A stretch of 64,000 nt of DNA, from contig NC_043020.1 in the NCBI RefSeq assembly GCF_006345805.1, positions 1,302,001 through 1,366,000 of the forward strand, in the 5' to 3' direction. A program made the position numbers and the translations under genes. The DNA comes from Octopus sinensis. Its lineage: Eukaryota. Shown in pieces: positions 39,476-53,572 of the stretch (the stretch's first letter is position 1; every line of letters starts with the position of its first letter). The notes beneath the pieces are model-generated. The model was not told the DNA's origin. It did no database searches and saw nothing but the letters and a program-made list of their open reading frames with translations.

Positions 39476-42400
39476 CAGTCATTTGACTGCGGCCATGCCG
39501 GAGCATTGCCTTTAGTTGAACACGTTGTTGTGTTGACAACACACTCTTTTACTTGTTTCAGTCATGTGACTGCGGCCATGCCGGAGCATTGCCTTTAGTT
39601 AAACACGTTGTTGTGTTGACAACACACTCTTTTACTTGTTTCAGTCATGTGACTGCGGCCATGCCGGAGCATTGCCTTTAGTTGAACACGTTGTTGTGTT
39701 GACAACACTCTTTTTTACTTGTTTCAGTCATGTGACTGCGGCCATGCCGGAGCATTGCCTTTAGTTAAACACGTTGTTGTGTTGACAACACACTCTTTTA
39801 CTTGTTTCAGTCATGTGACTGCGGCCATGCCGGAGCATTGCCTTTAGTTAAACACGTTGTTGTGTTGACAACACACTCTTTTACTTGTTTCAGTCATGTG
39901 ACTGTGGCCATGCCGGAGCATTGCCTTTAGTTAAACACGTTGTGTTGACAACACACTCTTTTACTTGTTTCAGTCATGTGACTGTGGCCATGCCGGAGCA
40001 TTGCCTTTAGTTAAACACGTGTGTTGACAACACACTCTTTTACTTGTTTCAGTCATGTGACTGCGGCCATGCCGGAGCATTGCCTTTAGTTAAACACGTT
40101 GTTGTGTTGACAACACACTCTTTTACTTGTTTCAGTCATTTGACTGCGGCCATGCCGGAGCATTGCCTTTAGTTAAACACGTTGTTGTGTTGACAACACA
40201 CTCTTTTACTTGTTTCAGTCATGTGACTGTGGCCATGCCGGAGCATTGCCTTTAGTTAAACACGTTGTGTTGACAACACACTCTTTTACTTGTTTCAGTC
40301 ATGTGACTGCGGCCATGCCGGAGCATTGCCTTTAGTTAAACACGTTGTTGTGTTGACAACACACTCTTTTACTTGTTTCAGTCATGTGACTGTGGCCATG
40401 CCGGAGCATTGCCTTTAGTTAAACACGTTGTGTTGACAACACACTCTTTTACTTGTTTCAGTCATGTGACTGCGGCCATGCCGGAGCATTGCCTTTAGTT
40501 AAACACGTTGTTGTGTTGACAACACACTCTTTTACTTGTTTCAGTCATGTGACTGCGGCCATGCCGGAGCATTGCCTTTAGTTAAACACGTTGTTGTGTT
40601 GACAACACACTCTTTTACTTGTTTCAGTCATGTGACTGTGGCCATGCCGGAGCATTGCCTTTAGTTAAACACGTTGTGTTGACAACACACTCTTTTACTT
40701 GTTTCAGTCATGTGACTGCGGCCATGCCGGAGCATTGCCTTTAGTTAAACACGTTGTTGTGTTGACAACACACTCTTTTACTTGTTTCAGTCATGTGACT
40801 GTGGCCATGCCGGAGCATTGCCTTTAGTTAAACACGTTGTGTTGACAACACACTCTTTTACTTGTTTCAGTCATGTGACTGCGGCCATGCCGGAGCATTG
40901 CCTTTAGTTAAACACGTTGTTGTGTTGACAACACACTCTTTTACTTGTTTCAGTCATGTGACTGTGGCCATGCCGGAGCATTGCCTTAGTTAAACACGTT
41001 GTGTTGACAACACACTCTTTTACTTGTTTCAGTCATGTGACTGCGGCCATGCCGGAGCATTGCCTTTAGTTAAACACGTTGTTGTTTGACAACACACTCT
41101 TTTACTTGTTTCAGTCATGTGACTGTGGCCATGCCGGAGCATTGCCTTTAGTTAAACACGTTGTGTTGACAACACACTCTTTTACTTGTTTCAGTCATGT
41201 GACTGCGGCCATGCCGGAGCATTGCCTTTAGTTAAACACGTTGTTGTGTTGACAACACTCTTTTACTTGTTTCAGTCATGTGACTGTGGCCATGCCGGAG
41301 CATTGCCTTTAGTTAAACACGTTGTGTGGACAACACACTCTTTTACTTGTTTCAGTCATGTGACTGCGGCCATGCCGGAGCATTGCCTTTAGTTAAACAC
41401 GTTGTTGTGTTGACAACACACTCTTTTACTTGTTTCAGTCATGTGACTGTGGCCATGCCGGAGCATTGCCTTTAGTTAAACACGTTGTGTTGACAACACA
41501 CTCTTTTACTTGTTTCAGTCATGTGACTGCGGCCATGCCGGAGCATTGCCTTTAGTTAAACACGTTGTTGTGTTGACAACACACTCTTTTACTTGTTTCA
41601 GTCATGTGACTGTGGCCATGCCGGAGCATTGCCTTTAGTTAAACACGTTGTGTTGACAACACACTCTTTTACTTGTTTCAGTCATGTGACTGCGGCCATG
41701 CCGGAGCATTGCCTTTAGTTAAACACGTTGTTGTGTTGACAACACACTCTTTTACTTGTTTCAGTCATGTGACTGTGGCCATGCCGGAGCATTGCCTTTA
41801 GTTAAACACGTTGTGTTGACAACACACTCTTTTACTTGTTTCAGTCATGTGACTGCGGCCATGCCGGAGCATTGCTTTAGTTAAACACGTTGTTGTGTTG
41901 ACAACACACTCTTTTACTTGTTTCAGTCATGTGACTGTGGCCATGCCGGAGCATTGCCTTTAGTTAAAACACGTTGTGTTGACAACACACTCTTTTACTT
42001 GTTTCAGTCATGTGACTGCGGCCATGCCGGAGCATTGCCTTTAGTTAAACACGTTGTTGGTGTTGACAACACACTCTTTTACTTGTTTCAGTCATGTGAC
42101 TGTGGCCATGCCGGAGCATTGCCTTTAGTTAAACACGTTGTGTTGACAACACACTCTTTTACTTGTTTCAGTCATGTGACTGCGGCCATGCCGGAGCATT
42201 GCCTTTAGTTAAACACGTGTTGTGTTGACAACACACTCTTTTACTTGTTTCAGTCATGTGACTGCGGCCATGCCGGAGCATTGCCTTTAGTTAAACACGT
42301 GTTGTGTTGACAACACACTCTTTTACTTGTTTCAGTCATGTGACTGTGGCCATGCCGGAGCATTGCCTTTAGTTAAACACGTTGTGTTGACAACACACTC

Positions 42401-44580
42401 TTTTACTTGTTTCAGTCATGTGACTGCGGCCATGCCGGAGCATTGCCTTTAGTTAAACACGTTGTTGTGTTGACAACACACTCTTTTACTTGTTTCAGTC
42501 ATTTGACTGCGGCCATGCCGGAGCATTGCCTTTAGTTAAACACGTTGTTGTGTTGACAACACACTCTTTTACTTGTTTCAGTCATTTGACTGCGGCCATG
42601 CCGGAGCATTGCCTTTAGTTAAACACGTTGTTGTGTTGACAACACACTCTTTTACTTGTTTCAGTCATGTGACTGCGGCCATGCCGGAGCATTGCCTTTA
42701 GTTAAACACGTTGTTGTGTTGACAACACACTCTTTTACTTGTTTCAGTCATGTGACTGTGGCCATGCCGGAGCATTGCCTTTAGTTAAACACGTTGTGTT
42801 GACAACACACTCTTTTACTTGTTTCAGTCATGTGACTGTGGCCATGCCGGAGCATTGCCTTAGTTAAACACGTTGTTGTGTTGACAACACACTCTTTTAC
42901 TTGTTTCAGTCATGTGACTGTGGCCATGCCGGAGCATTGCCTTTAGTTAAACACGTTGTGTTGACAACACACTCTTTTACTTGTTTCAGTCATGTGACTG
43001 CGGCCATGCCGGAGCATTGCCTTTAGTTAAACACGTTGTTGTGTTGACAACACACTCTTTTACTTGTTTCAGTCATGTGACTGTGGCCATGCCGGAGCAT
43101 TGCCTTTAGTTAAACACGTTGTTGTGTTGACAACACACTCTTTTACTTGTTTCAGTCATGTGACTGTGGCCATGCCGGAGCATTGCCTTTAGTTAAACAC
43201 GTTGTTGTGTTGACAACACACTCTTTTACTTGTTTCAGTCATGTGACTGTGGCCATGCCGGAGCATTGCCTTTAGTTAAACACGTTGTTGTGTTGACAAC
43301 ACACTCTTTTACTTGTTTCAGTCATGTGACTGTGGCCATGCCGGAGCATTGCCTTTAGTTAAACACGTTGTTGTGTTGACAACACACTCTTTACTTGTTT
43401 CAGTCATGTGACTGTGGCCATGCCGGAGCATTGCCTTTAGTTAAACACGTTGTTGTGTTGACAACACACTCTTTTACTTGTTTCAGTCATGTGACTGTGG
43501 CCATGCCGGAGCATTGCCTTTAGTTAAACACGTTGTTGTGTTGACAACACACTTTTTACTTGTTTCAGTCATGTGACTGTGGCCATGCCGGAGCATTGCC
43601 TTTAGTTAAACACGTTGTTGTGTTGACAACACACTCTTTTACTTGTTTCAGTCATGTGACTGTGGCCATGCCGGAGCATTGCCTTTAGTTAAACACGTTG
43701 TGTTGACAACAACCTCTTTTACTTGTTTCAGTCATGTGACTGTGGCCATGCCGGAGCATTGCCTTTAGTTAAACACGTTGTTGTGTTGACAACACACTCT
43801 TTTACTTGTTTCAGTCATGTGACTGTGGCCATGCCGGAGCATTGCCTTTAGTTAAACACGTTGTTGTGTTGACAACACACTCTTTTACTTGTTTCAGTCA
43901 TGTGACTGTGGCCATGCCGGAGCATTGCCTTTAGTTAACACGTTGTTGTGTTGACAACACACTCTTTTACTTGTTTCAGTCATGTGACTGTGGCCATGCC
44001 GGAGCATTGCCTTTAGTTAAACACGTTGTTGTGTTGACAACACACTCTTTTACTTGTTTCAGTCATGTGACTGTGGCCATGCCGGAGCATTGCCTTTAGT
44101 TAAACACGTTGTTGTGTTGACAACACACTCTTTTACTTGTTTCAGTCATGTGACTGTGGCCATGCCGGAGCATTGCCTTTAGTTAAACACGTTGTGTTGA
44201 CAACACACTCTTTTACTTGTTTCAGTCATGTGACTGTGGCCATGCCGGAGCATTGCCTTTAGTTAAACACGTTGTTGTGTTGACAACACACTCTTTTACT
44301 TGTTTCAGTCATGTGACTGTGGCCATGCCGGAGCATTGCCTTTAGTTAAACACGTTGTTGTGTTGACAACACACTCTTTTACTTGTTTCAGTCATGTGAC
44401 TGTGGCCATGCCGGAGCATTGCCTTTAGTTAAACACGATGTTGTGTTGACAACACACTCTTTTACTTGTTTCAGTCATGTGACTGTGGCCATGCCGGAGC
44501 ATTGCTTTTAGTTAAACACGTTGTTGTGTTGACAACACACTCTTTTACTTGTTTCAGTCATGTGACTGTGGCCATGCTGG
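39476..44580. repeat. SINE-tail-derived satellite, ~62 units of 83/80 bp, in NNT intron 38649-45114
   Basis: Period 83 (39543 to 39626), with an 80-bp variant lacking ttg. The last unit runs directly into a full SINE. Confidence 0.98.
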
Positions 44581-45114
44581 AGCACCGCCTTTAGTTGAGC
44601 AAATCAACCCCAGGATTTAGTCTTTGTAAGCTTAGTACTTATTCTATTGGTATCTTTTGCCAAACTGCTAAGTTATGGGGACGTAAACACATCAACATCG
44701 GTTGTCAAGCAATGGTGGTGGGGGGGACAAACACAGACACACACATATATCACATTTTATATAGATATATATATATATACACACACATATACATACATAC
44801 ACACACACACATATACATACATACACACACACACATATACACATATACATACATACACACACACATATATATATATATGATGGGCTTCTTTCAGTGTCCG
44901 CCTACCAAATCCACTCACAGGGCTTTAGTTGGCTAGAGACTATAGTAGAAAACACTTGCCCAAGGTGCTATGCAGTGGGACTGAACCCGGAACCATGTGG
45001 TTGATACCACTCCTGTGCCTATATATATATATATTTACTTTATTCATGGGATAAACAAACTAGCATTGGTTTCATACCAAGAGTGAAAAATTGTTAAGTG
45101 AGAAAGACACTCAC

Positions 45115-45379
45115 CTGCTACGGGATGTATTCCAAAACGGACATTCTTGCCTTTGCTTGTAAGGAGACTGACCATCTCAGCAATGGGGTACTGAGCCTTG
45201 GCCACACACAAGCCGTAACCGGGGACAATGATGATATCTTTGGCATTAGCAATCAGTTCGGTAGTTCCTTCAACATCGATTTCCGTGTGTGTCCCTGTGA
45301 TAGTCATCGGTTTTCCCCCACCGGTGGAGCTGGTTCCATAGCCTCCGAGGATTACATTCGGAAGGGAACGGTTCATAGC
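45115..45379 (-). CDS. NNT: NNT exon dIII ([13 protein letters not shown]...[11 protein letters not shown]...FGIHPVA)
   Basis: ttccag acceptor, G/gtgagt donor. Confidence 0.97.
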
Positions 45380-46900
45380 CTGGAATGGAAAAGCAAATAG
45401 AGAAATAAATGCATGAATTTTTCATTAACCCTTTGGCGTTTAAACTGGCCATACCTGGCCAAAATGTTCTACCAGCTTTATGTTCAAACTGACCAGATCT
45501 AGCCTCTCACACCTACCCTACAATGCCATGCTAAAAGTAAACAATCACATTAAAATCTTGAAGCTCTGAGATATCTTTTGCTTGTTTTCAATCATAAGAC
45601 CGCGGCCATGCTGGGGCACCGCCTTGAGGAATTTTAGTTGAACTAATCGACCCCAGGACTTATTTTTCTTTTTAAGCCTGGTACCTACTCTATTGGTCTC
45701 TTTTGTCAAACTGTTAAGTGACAGGGGATGTAAACACACCAACACTGGTTGTCAAGCAGTGGTGGGGGACAAATACAAACACACACACACAATATATGAG
45801 CTTCTTTCAGTTTCCATCTAATCACAAGGCTTTGGTTGGCCCAAGGCTACAGTTGAAGACACTTGCCCAAGGTGCCACACAGTGGAATTGAACCCAGTGC
45901 CACGTGGTTGGGAAGCAAACTTCTTACCACACAGCCACATCTGCACCTATAAAGGTTAAGAATTTCATTTCCCAACCAGATTTCAGGTTCAATCTCACTG
46001 CACGGCAACTTAGGAAAGTATTTTCTACAACAATCAATGCATGGTGAAGATGGAAACTCTAGGGCTTCCATACACTTTCCATTTACATCATTTAACATCC
46101 ACTTTTCCATGTTGGCATGGATCAGATGGAATTTGTTAAAACAGATTTTTCTATAACCAGAAGCCGTTCCCAGTAAGGTAATTTCTTTCGATAGCTAGAC
46201 ATGTTTTATGTGGAAAACTGGAAGTGAAAATCCTTGCTTGTATTATTATTATTATTCATCGTTTAACGTCCATTTTCCATGCTAGCATGGGTTGGACGGT
46301 TCAAGTGGGGTCTTGGAAGCCAGGAGGCTGCACCAGGCTCCAGTCTGATCTGACAGTGTTTCTACAGCTGGATGCCCTTCCTAACGCCAACCACTCCGTG
46401 AGTGTAGTGGGTGCTTTTTACATGCCACCTGCACAGGTGCCAGACGATGAGCTGGCACAGGTATCACAACTACAATTTCCATTTGATTTTTAGGAATTCT
46501 ATTTAAAAAAAATGAATAAATAAATAAAATAAAATAAAAAATTTTAATATTTTGTACAATGCAGAAATATAACCAGTTCACTGCACAGATTTTCACAACT
46601 AAATCTTATATGGCCTGCCAAGGGCCATATGGACTTTGGTTGAAGGCCACTGATATACAACCACCATATGATATTAAGACAAGAGTACATTCACAATCAT
46701 ACATACATATATATATATATATATATAAATATATACAGCAAGCATCTTACAGTTTCCATCAATCAAATCTACTCACAGGGATTTGATTAGCCTGAGGCTA
46801 TAGAAGAACTTGCCTAAGGTGCAGTACAGTGGGACTGAACCAGAGACCACAAGATTGGGGAGTAAGCTTCTTAACCATGCAGCCACTACAGTGTCTATGG

Positions 46901-47101
46901 CAGTGGTTTTCAACCAGGGTTCCGCCAGTACAGTGCAGGGGTTCCGCAAGAAGTTACAAAACTGCTAAAATCGGAAGTAATTTTTAAGTCTCCTGTGCAG
47001 ATATGTGTGCATAAGACTATTAAATTATTGCACAGGGGTTCCTCGAGCCAGTGGAATGTTTCCTTGGAGTTCCGCTCCAGCAAAAAGGTTGAAAAGCACT
47101 G
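46901..47101. mobile_element. hAT-type MITE with 8-bp TSD GTCTATGG
   Basis: Terminal inverted repeats (TIRs) CAGTGGTTTTCAACC and GGTTGAAAAGCACTG. TSD at 46893-46900 and 47102-47109. Confidence 0.92.
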
Positions 47102-47106
47102 GTCTA

Positions 47107-47385
<279 letters not shown>

Positions 47386-47611
47386 TTAATTACACACCTG
47401 TCTTTCTTTATATTTGATTGCAATGAAATTTCGTTTAACCTTTTAGTATTTAAACCGGCCCTTCCTAACGCCAACCACTCTGAGAGTGTAGTGGGTGCTT
47501 TTTACGTGCCCCCGCATGGGGGGGGGGGGCAGTCAGGCAGTACTGGTAACGAGCTCGCTCTAATCTTTTTACACATGCCACCGGCACAGGTGTCGGTAAG
47601 GCGACGCTGGT

Positions 47612-47830
47612 AACGATCACACTCGAATGGTGCCTTTTATGTGCCACTGGCACGGAAGCCGGTTAGCCGCTCTGTCAACGATCACACTCGAATGGTGCCT
47701 TTTATGTGCCACTGGCACGGAAGCCGGTTAGCCGCTATGTCAACGATCACACTCGAATGGTGCCTTTTATGTGCCACTGGCACGGAAGCCGGTTAGCCGC
47801 TCTGTCAACGATCACACTCATATGGTGCTC
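47612..47830. repeat. 65-nt tandem repeat (3+ copies) inside a SINE-C-like element
   Basis: aacgatcacact at 47612, 47677, 47742 and 47807. Confidence 0.9.
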
Positions 47831-47901
47831 TTTGCACCCCGCTAGCACGTATGCCAAACAACAATAAATATCCATAAATGCAAAGCAAAACAATTACTTA
47901 C

Positions 47902-48090
47902 CGCCAATCGCCACGGTTAAAGTGAGTCCCATAACACTGGACAAGGAAGCAGTGGTACCAAGCATAAGCATACTGGACGTAGGGTCATTGGTCATCATGT
48001 AATAACCCATAGCACCAATATTGGTTGTCAGGAGTCCAAGATTCAAAGCATGACGGCCTGGCAACATGATGGGGGCAGAGTTCATGATCC
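47902..48090 (-). CDS. NNT: NNT exon (GIMNSAPIMLPGRH...GLTLTVAIG)
   Basis: atttag acceptor, G/gtaagt donor. Confidence 0.96.
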
Positions 48091-49538
48091 CTAAATGGAC
48101 GAAGAGAAAACACAGAATTATAATTTCAATCAATCTTATTTTTGCTTCTTGTTTCAATCATTAGCTGGAGCACCAACTTGAATTTTAGTTGAATGAATTG
48201 ATCCCAGTACTTACTTAAGTTTGGTACTTATTCTATCAGACTCTCTTGTTGAATCGCTAAGTTACAGGGACGTAAACACACCAACACCAGTTGTCAATTG
48301 CTGGGGGGAAGGGAAGAAATATATACACAAAATCACACACGATGGGCTTCTTTCAGTTTCCGCCTACCAAATACACTCACAAGGCTTTGGTCAGCCTGAG
48401 GTCATAGTAGAAGACACTTGCCCAAAGTGCCATGCAGTGGGTTTGAACCCAGAACTGTTTGGTTGGGAAGCAAACTTCTTACCACACAGCCATGCCTACT
48501 GAGATAATTTAACGGATAATGCTGGGGTAGCAGTGGAAATGTCTTAAGGAGACTCCCTATTTGATTTGGGTTAATAAGGGACACAAAAATGGGGACACAC
48601 TATAGAGCCTCCTTTCTGTGACTGACGAAACAAACTAAACGATTGAACTACTTTCCCATTATTGGGCTCCACTTTGATGTTTGGATGACTTGAGGAACAT
48701 CACAAAAGTTACAGGAACATAAACACACCAACACCAGTTGTCAAGCAGTGATGGAGGGGACACAAACACACAAAACGTCATATACATTTATATGATGAGA
48801 TTTTTTCAGTTTGTCTACCAAACCCATGCACAAGGATTTGGTTGGCCTGTGGCTATAGAAGACACTTGCCCAAGGTGCCATACAGTAGGACTGAACCCAG
48901 AACTAGCCACACCCGCGTCTGTGTATGGCAAAAATGTTTACAGTGAAATTTTCTATAACTAAAAATAATAATAATAATGATTTCTAACAAAAGCCTAAGT
49001 CCACAAACTTTGAGAAAGGGTTCAGTTGTTTATATCGACCTCAATATTATGTTGGTACTTTATGTTATTGATTCAGAAAAGAGGGATGACCAAGTCTACC
49101 TTGGCAGGATTTGAACACAAAATAGAAAAAGACCTAAGTATAGCAGTTAGTCCAGCACTTTGCCTGTTCTGCCAATAAACATTTGTTTCTGATAAGGGCA
49201 CAAAGCAAAGACCTCAGTAGATGACTGGTACTCTATTTTATTGACCTCAGAGGAAAGACGAAGTTGACATAGGTAAAACTTGAACTCATCACTATCATCA
49301 TCAAAGCAAATTTCATTGACAGGGATTTTAGTTGGTTAGTTGGTCCATAGCTATAGTAGAAGATGCCTAAAATGCTGTGCAGTGGAACTGAACCTGAGAC
49401 CACATGGTTAGAAAGCATTTTTACTCAACTATATATAAACCTAGATAAACTTAAGTGATGCACCAACATGACCACAATCCAATGTCTGAAACCTGTGACA
49501 GAATGAATTGTAATAAATTATAATAAACAAATACATAC

Positions 49539-49784
49539 CTTGTAATTTGCCGAAAGCAACAAGAGAGCCAGTGAATGTGACACCTCCGATGTAGGTTCCG
49601 AGGAAGAGGGCGGTCTTGATGACTGATGCAGCTGGGTCAGTGGCAAAATGAGGTTGTTCCACCAAGTGATTAGCAAAACAAGTAAACACTGCAGCTGCAC
49701 CCACGAGGCTGTGAAAGAGAGCGACCATCTGAGGAAGGTCCGTCACTTCTAACCTCTTGGCTAAAACGGAGCCGATTAGACCAC
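49539..49784 (-). CDS. NNT: NNT exon ([15 protein letters not shown]...[17 protein letters not shown])
   Basis: atccag acceptor, G/gtatgt donor. Proton-channel His in FHSLVG. Confidence 0.97.
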
Positions 49785-49854
49785 CTGGATGTCATCAAGA
49801 TGACAAAGAAAGAAAAAAAAAGAAAAATGTATTAATATAAGCATTACATTACAT

Positions 49855-50150
49855 TACATATCCCGTAGTCTGGTTGACCGTTAGGGCACCACTGATGACT
49901 TTGTGACCAGCTCTCTCAACCCGCCACCATCTTCTGCCTCTCACACTGTATCTCTCATCTTTAGGCCTGTCCACTCACAAATATTTCCCCAAATCTTTCT
50001 CTGTCTGCCTCTGCAACCTTTGACTGTTCCCTAAAGGATTGTTTTGGCCATCCCTGATGAGTGGGTGACATGCCTAATCCACCTGAGCTTGCATTTCTTT
50101 ACTATGGTAAGAAGTTCCTCACAGGATTCTGTTGCCTGCCTTATTCTTCT
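49855..50150 (-). mobile_element. Degenerate RTE-type LINE 3' end
   Basis: LLTIVKKCKLRWIRHVTHSSGMAKTIL*GTVKG.RGRQRK.W...EWTGL matches the RTE KLRWFGHV..R..GRxRKRW C-terminus. Confidence 0.8.
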
Positions 50151-51077
50151 CGGTGACCCTGCTGGTGCCGGTGCCATGTAAAAAACATCCAGTCCACACA
50201 GTGAAGTGATTTGCATTTGGAAGAGCATCAAACTGTAAAGACCATGCTGAAACTGCCCTTGCCTCTGCAGGTGCCATGTAAAAACCATGCCAAAACAGAC
50301 ACAGAAGCCTGGTGTAGTTTTCTGCCTGACTGACCCCCATCAAACCATCTAACCAATGCTTGCCTGGAAGGTGGATGTTAAACAAAGACGACCACGATGA
50401 TGATGTAAGTTTGGTAAGACAAACAGGAAAGCTAGAACTCTTGAACATGAGGAGTTTACACATGTTGTATATTTTCATAGGCAGGAGTTTCAAAGTGACT
50501 CAAAGGTCAAGAGTTTCGTGCACAACACTCACCAGATCAGGACAAATGTGTACCGAATCTAAACTGGGATACACATGATAATGACCAACAGATAGCATCA
50601 GCAGCCGTCCAAGAATTTGGACCTGGAGATCTCCATTTCCAGCGACTTTGAGGGCCACCTCCCAGTGGTGTCGGGCATCAACGAAGAGCCCTCGACTACA
50701 ACAAGACGACCAAAGTTTTTTTTTTTTCCAAGGACTGGGGTCTCCCGCCCCCTAAGCTCTAGACCATCACCTAATCATCCTTACCCGTCTTGTTGCTTAA
50801 CAACAACAACAACAGCATCAGTAATCAGAAGGAAAAAGTCAATGGAAACTGTATCCTTCGTTCTATAGGAAGATCCACTGTGATGTGATGATAATAATTG
50901 GCTGCTATTTTCAGCAGGTTCAGCAACCAAGCAGTGGCAATCTATTTGGCTTGATTGAGATTCTGTTTTATGATTGTTCCAAGAATTTATGGGACATAAA
51001 ACACAGCCTGCAGTAAAATGGTTCACTTGTGAAAGGCACCAAGCCTGACCCCTGCAAGAAAGGAGATTCGTACTTAC

Positions 51078-51185
51078 CACTACCCATAGTGACAGCCATT
51101 TGGGTGAAGAGTTCAGGGGAAGGTTTAATGATTCCAAGGGTGGCAGCGACACCCGACGAGACACCGATCATACCGAGGGTATTAC
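51078..51185 (-). CDS. NNT: NNT exon ([18 protein letters not shown]...MGS)
   Basis: tgcag acceptor, G/gtaagt donor. Confidence 0.96.
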
Positions 51186-52661
51186 CTGCAATAGAACAGA
51201 AATTGATAAAACATGCAAGTTTTATTTTGGGTTTGAAGAAAATATAGTTTTTGTTGTATCTCATGGCAGTCATTGCAGAGACTGCCTTCGGTCACGAATG
51301 ACCATGGGATTGCAACTAGAAAGTTACCCTCCAAGGCACACAAGTCCAGCAGTCGCCCATGCATACCAGCTTCTCTTCTCTGCGCCACTGATGTTATCCA
51401 AGGGAAAGGCAAAGGGCTGATACAGCTTGGCACCAGTGATGTTGCAACTCATTTCTACAGCTGAGTGAACTGGAGCAATATGAAATAAAGTGTCTTGCTC
51501 AAGAACACAACACATAGCCCGGTCTGAGAATCAAACTCACAACCTCACAGTCGTAAGATCAACGCCCTAACCACTGAGCCATGCGCATTCACATGACAGT
51601 CATTATACTAGTAATAAACACACACACATTAACCCTTTTGATACCAACCTGCCTGAGACCACCCCAGTTTCTATAACATGAACTTAGTGATTAAAAGTTG
51701 TCTAAATTATCACCTTACAAACATATACATATTATACAAGTTATGAGCAACTTGTGCCAGTGCCCCCTGATTGGCTCCTGTGCCGGTGGCATCTAAAAAG
51801 CACTATCTGAACGTGATCGATGCTAGGCCCGCCTGACTGGCTCCTCTGCTGGTGGCACGGAAAAAACAACCCACTACATTCTCGGAGTTGTTGGCTTTAG
51901 GAAGGGCATCCAGCTGTAGAAACGTTGCCTAGTGCAGATTGTAGCCTGGTACAGCCACTGGCTGCACCAGACTACAATTACTAATGAGATTGTTAATGAT
52001 TATTATTAATGAGATTGTAGCCTGGTGTAGCCACTGGCTTTCAAGACATCAGTCAAACTGTCCAGCCCATGCTAGTATGGAAAACGGACATTAAACGATG
52101 ATGATAATGATGAAGCCATTTTTGAAATTGGCTTTCTCTACACTGGCAGGAAATCTTGAAATTAAACTGAATATATTTCTTTACTACCCACAAGGGGCTA
52201 AACACAGAGGGGACAAACAAGGACAGACAAACGGATTAAGTCGATTACATCGACCCTAGTGCGTAACTGGTACTTAATTTATCGACCCCGAAAGGATGAA
52301 AGGCAAAGTCGACCTCGGCGGAATTTGAACTCAGAACGTAACGACAGACGAAATACCTATCTCTTTACACAAGGGGCTAAACATAGAGGGGACAAACAAG
52401 GACAGACAAACGGATTAAGTCGATTACATCGACCCTAGTGCGTAACTGGTACTTAATTTATCGACCCCAAAAGGATGAAAGGCAAAGTCGACCTCGGTGG
52501 AATTTGAACTCAGAACGTAGCGGCAGACGAAATACCGCTAAGCATTTCGCCCGGCGTGCTAACGATTCTACCAGCTCACCGCCTTGAAATAAAACTGAAT
52601 AATGACACACATACACACATACTATACACAAGCAAGGACACAAATGAAATAGTGACCATAC

Positions 52662-52841
52662 CGACTCTGGAGGTTTTTTGAGAAGAGAGGCCAGTAAGGG
52701 CTCCAACACAGCAAAGACCAGCGGCCAGGTAGGTCATCTGGTGGATGTCTGGGTAGGTACCCTGGTATGCTGTTAAACCATAACCACTGAGGAAAGCGGC
52801 GGCTGGGATACCGTACAGGTAGTTGAACTCTGGGGGGTCAG
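52662..52841 (-). CDS. NNT: NNT exon (TDPPEFNYLY...GLCCVGALTGLSSQKTSRV)
   Basis: ttacag acceptor, G/gtatgg donor. Confidence 0.96.
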
Positions 52842-53062
52842 CTGTAAAGAGAGACAGAGAGAGAGATGTATTAAGATATATTGTGGAGTTTACGTTGGTG
52901 ATGGAAAGGGGTTGGTGATGGGGAGAGGAGATTAGTGATGGGGAGGGAGAAGGCAAGAGTAAAACAAAAAGAAAAAGGCAAGTGAGAATGAGAGAGGGGG
53001 TGAGTGGGAGTAAAAAAGAAACAAAGAGAATGTGGGTATGGGAGAGTAAAAGAAAGAGTGGG

Positions 53063-53108
<46 letters not shown>

Positions 53109-53357
53109 TGAGAGTGTAAGAGAGAAAGAATGGGTGTGAATAAGCAAGTGTCCCCTGTATGGCATTTATGTTAGGGAACAATCTCAGATTGCAGAGGGAA
53201 CTGGGAGAGAGAAACATGAACGAAGAAAGAATTCCGAAAAACTGCAATTCCAGCAAAGGGAACTCAAAGACAAGCATGTAAACATTTAAAAAGTCCCAAA
53301 GCAAAAATAAATAAATACAAACACAAAAATAAATCAATAAACCCCAGATAAATACAA

Positions 53358-53572
53358 TACGAAGGGGTCCGCTGGAAAGTTCCTGGCTTTGGGTAAAAGA
53401 AAATACAGGAGGATCAATTAATTACGATTTTATTCAACATGTTCCCCTCTCAGATTCACACACTTATTGCAGTGGTCCTTCAGTTTTTCTAAGCCCTATG
53501 AAAGAACTTGGAAGGTTGAGCCTCCAACCGGGCCTTTCACGATAGCCAGGAACTTTTCACCAGCCCCTCATA
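53358..53572. mobile_element. Tc1/mariner-type MITE (TA-flanked)
   Basis: TIRs tacgaagggg..gaaagttcctggct and agccaggaacttttc..cccctcata. An inverted copy is at ~3173-3395 and a partial copy at ~3408-3535. Confidence 0.8.

Noticed and set aside
41186-42208. Short ORFs MFQSCDCGHAGALPLVKH
   Set aside because: They are translations of the satellite unit, broken by indels.
39476-44580. CRISPR array (regular repeats with palindromes)
   Set aside because: There are no unique spacers, since whole units repeat. The sequence derives from a SINE tail, the context is a eukaryotic intron, and there are no cas genes.
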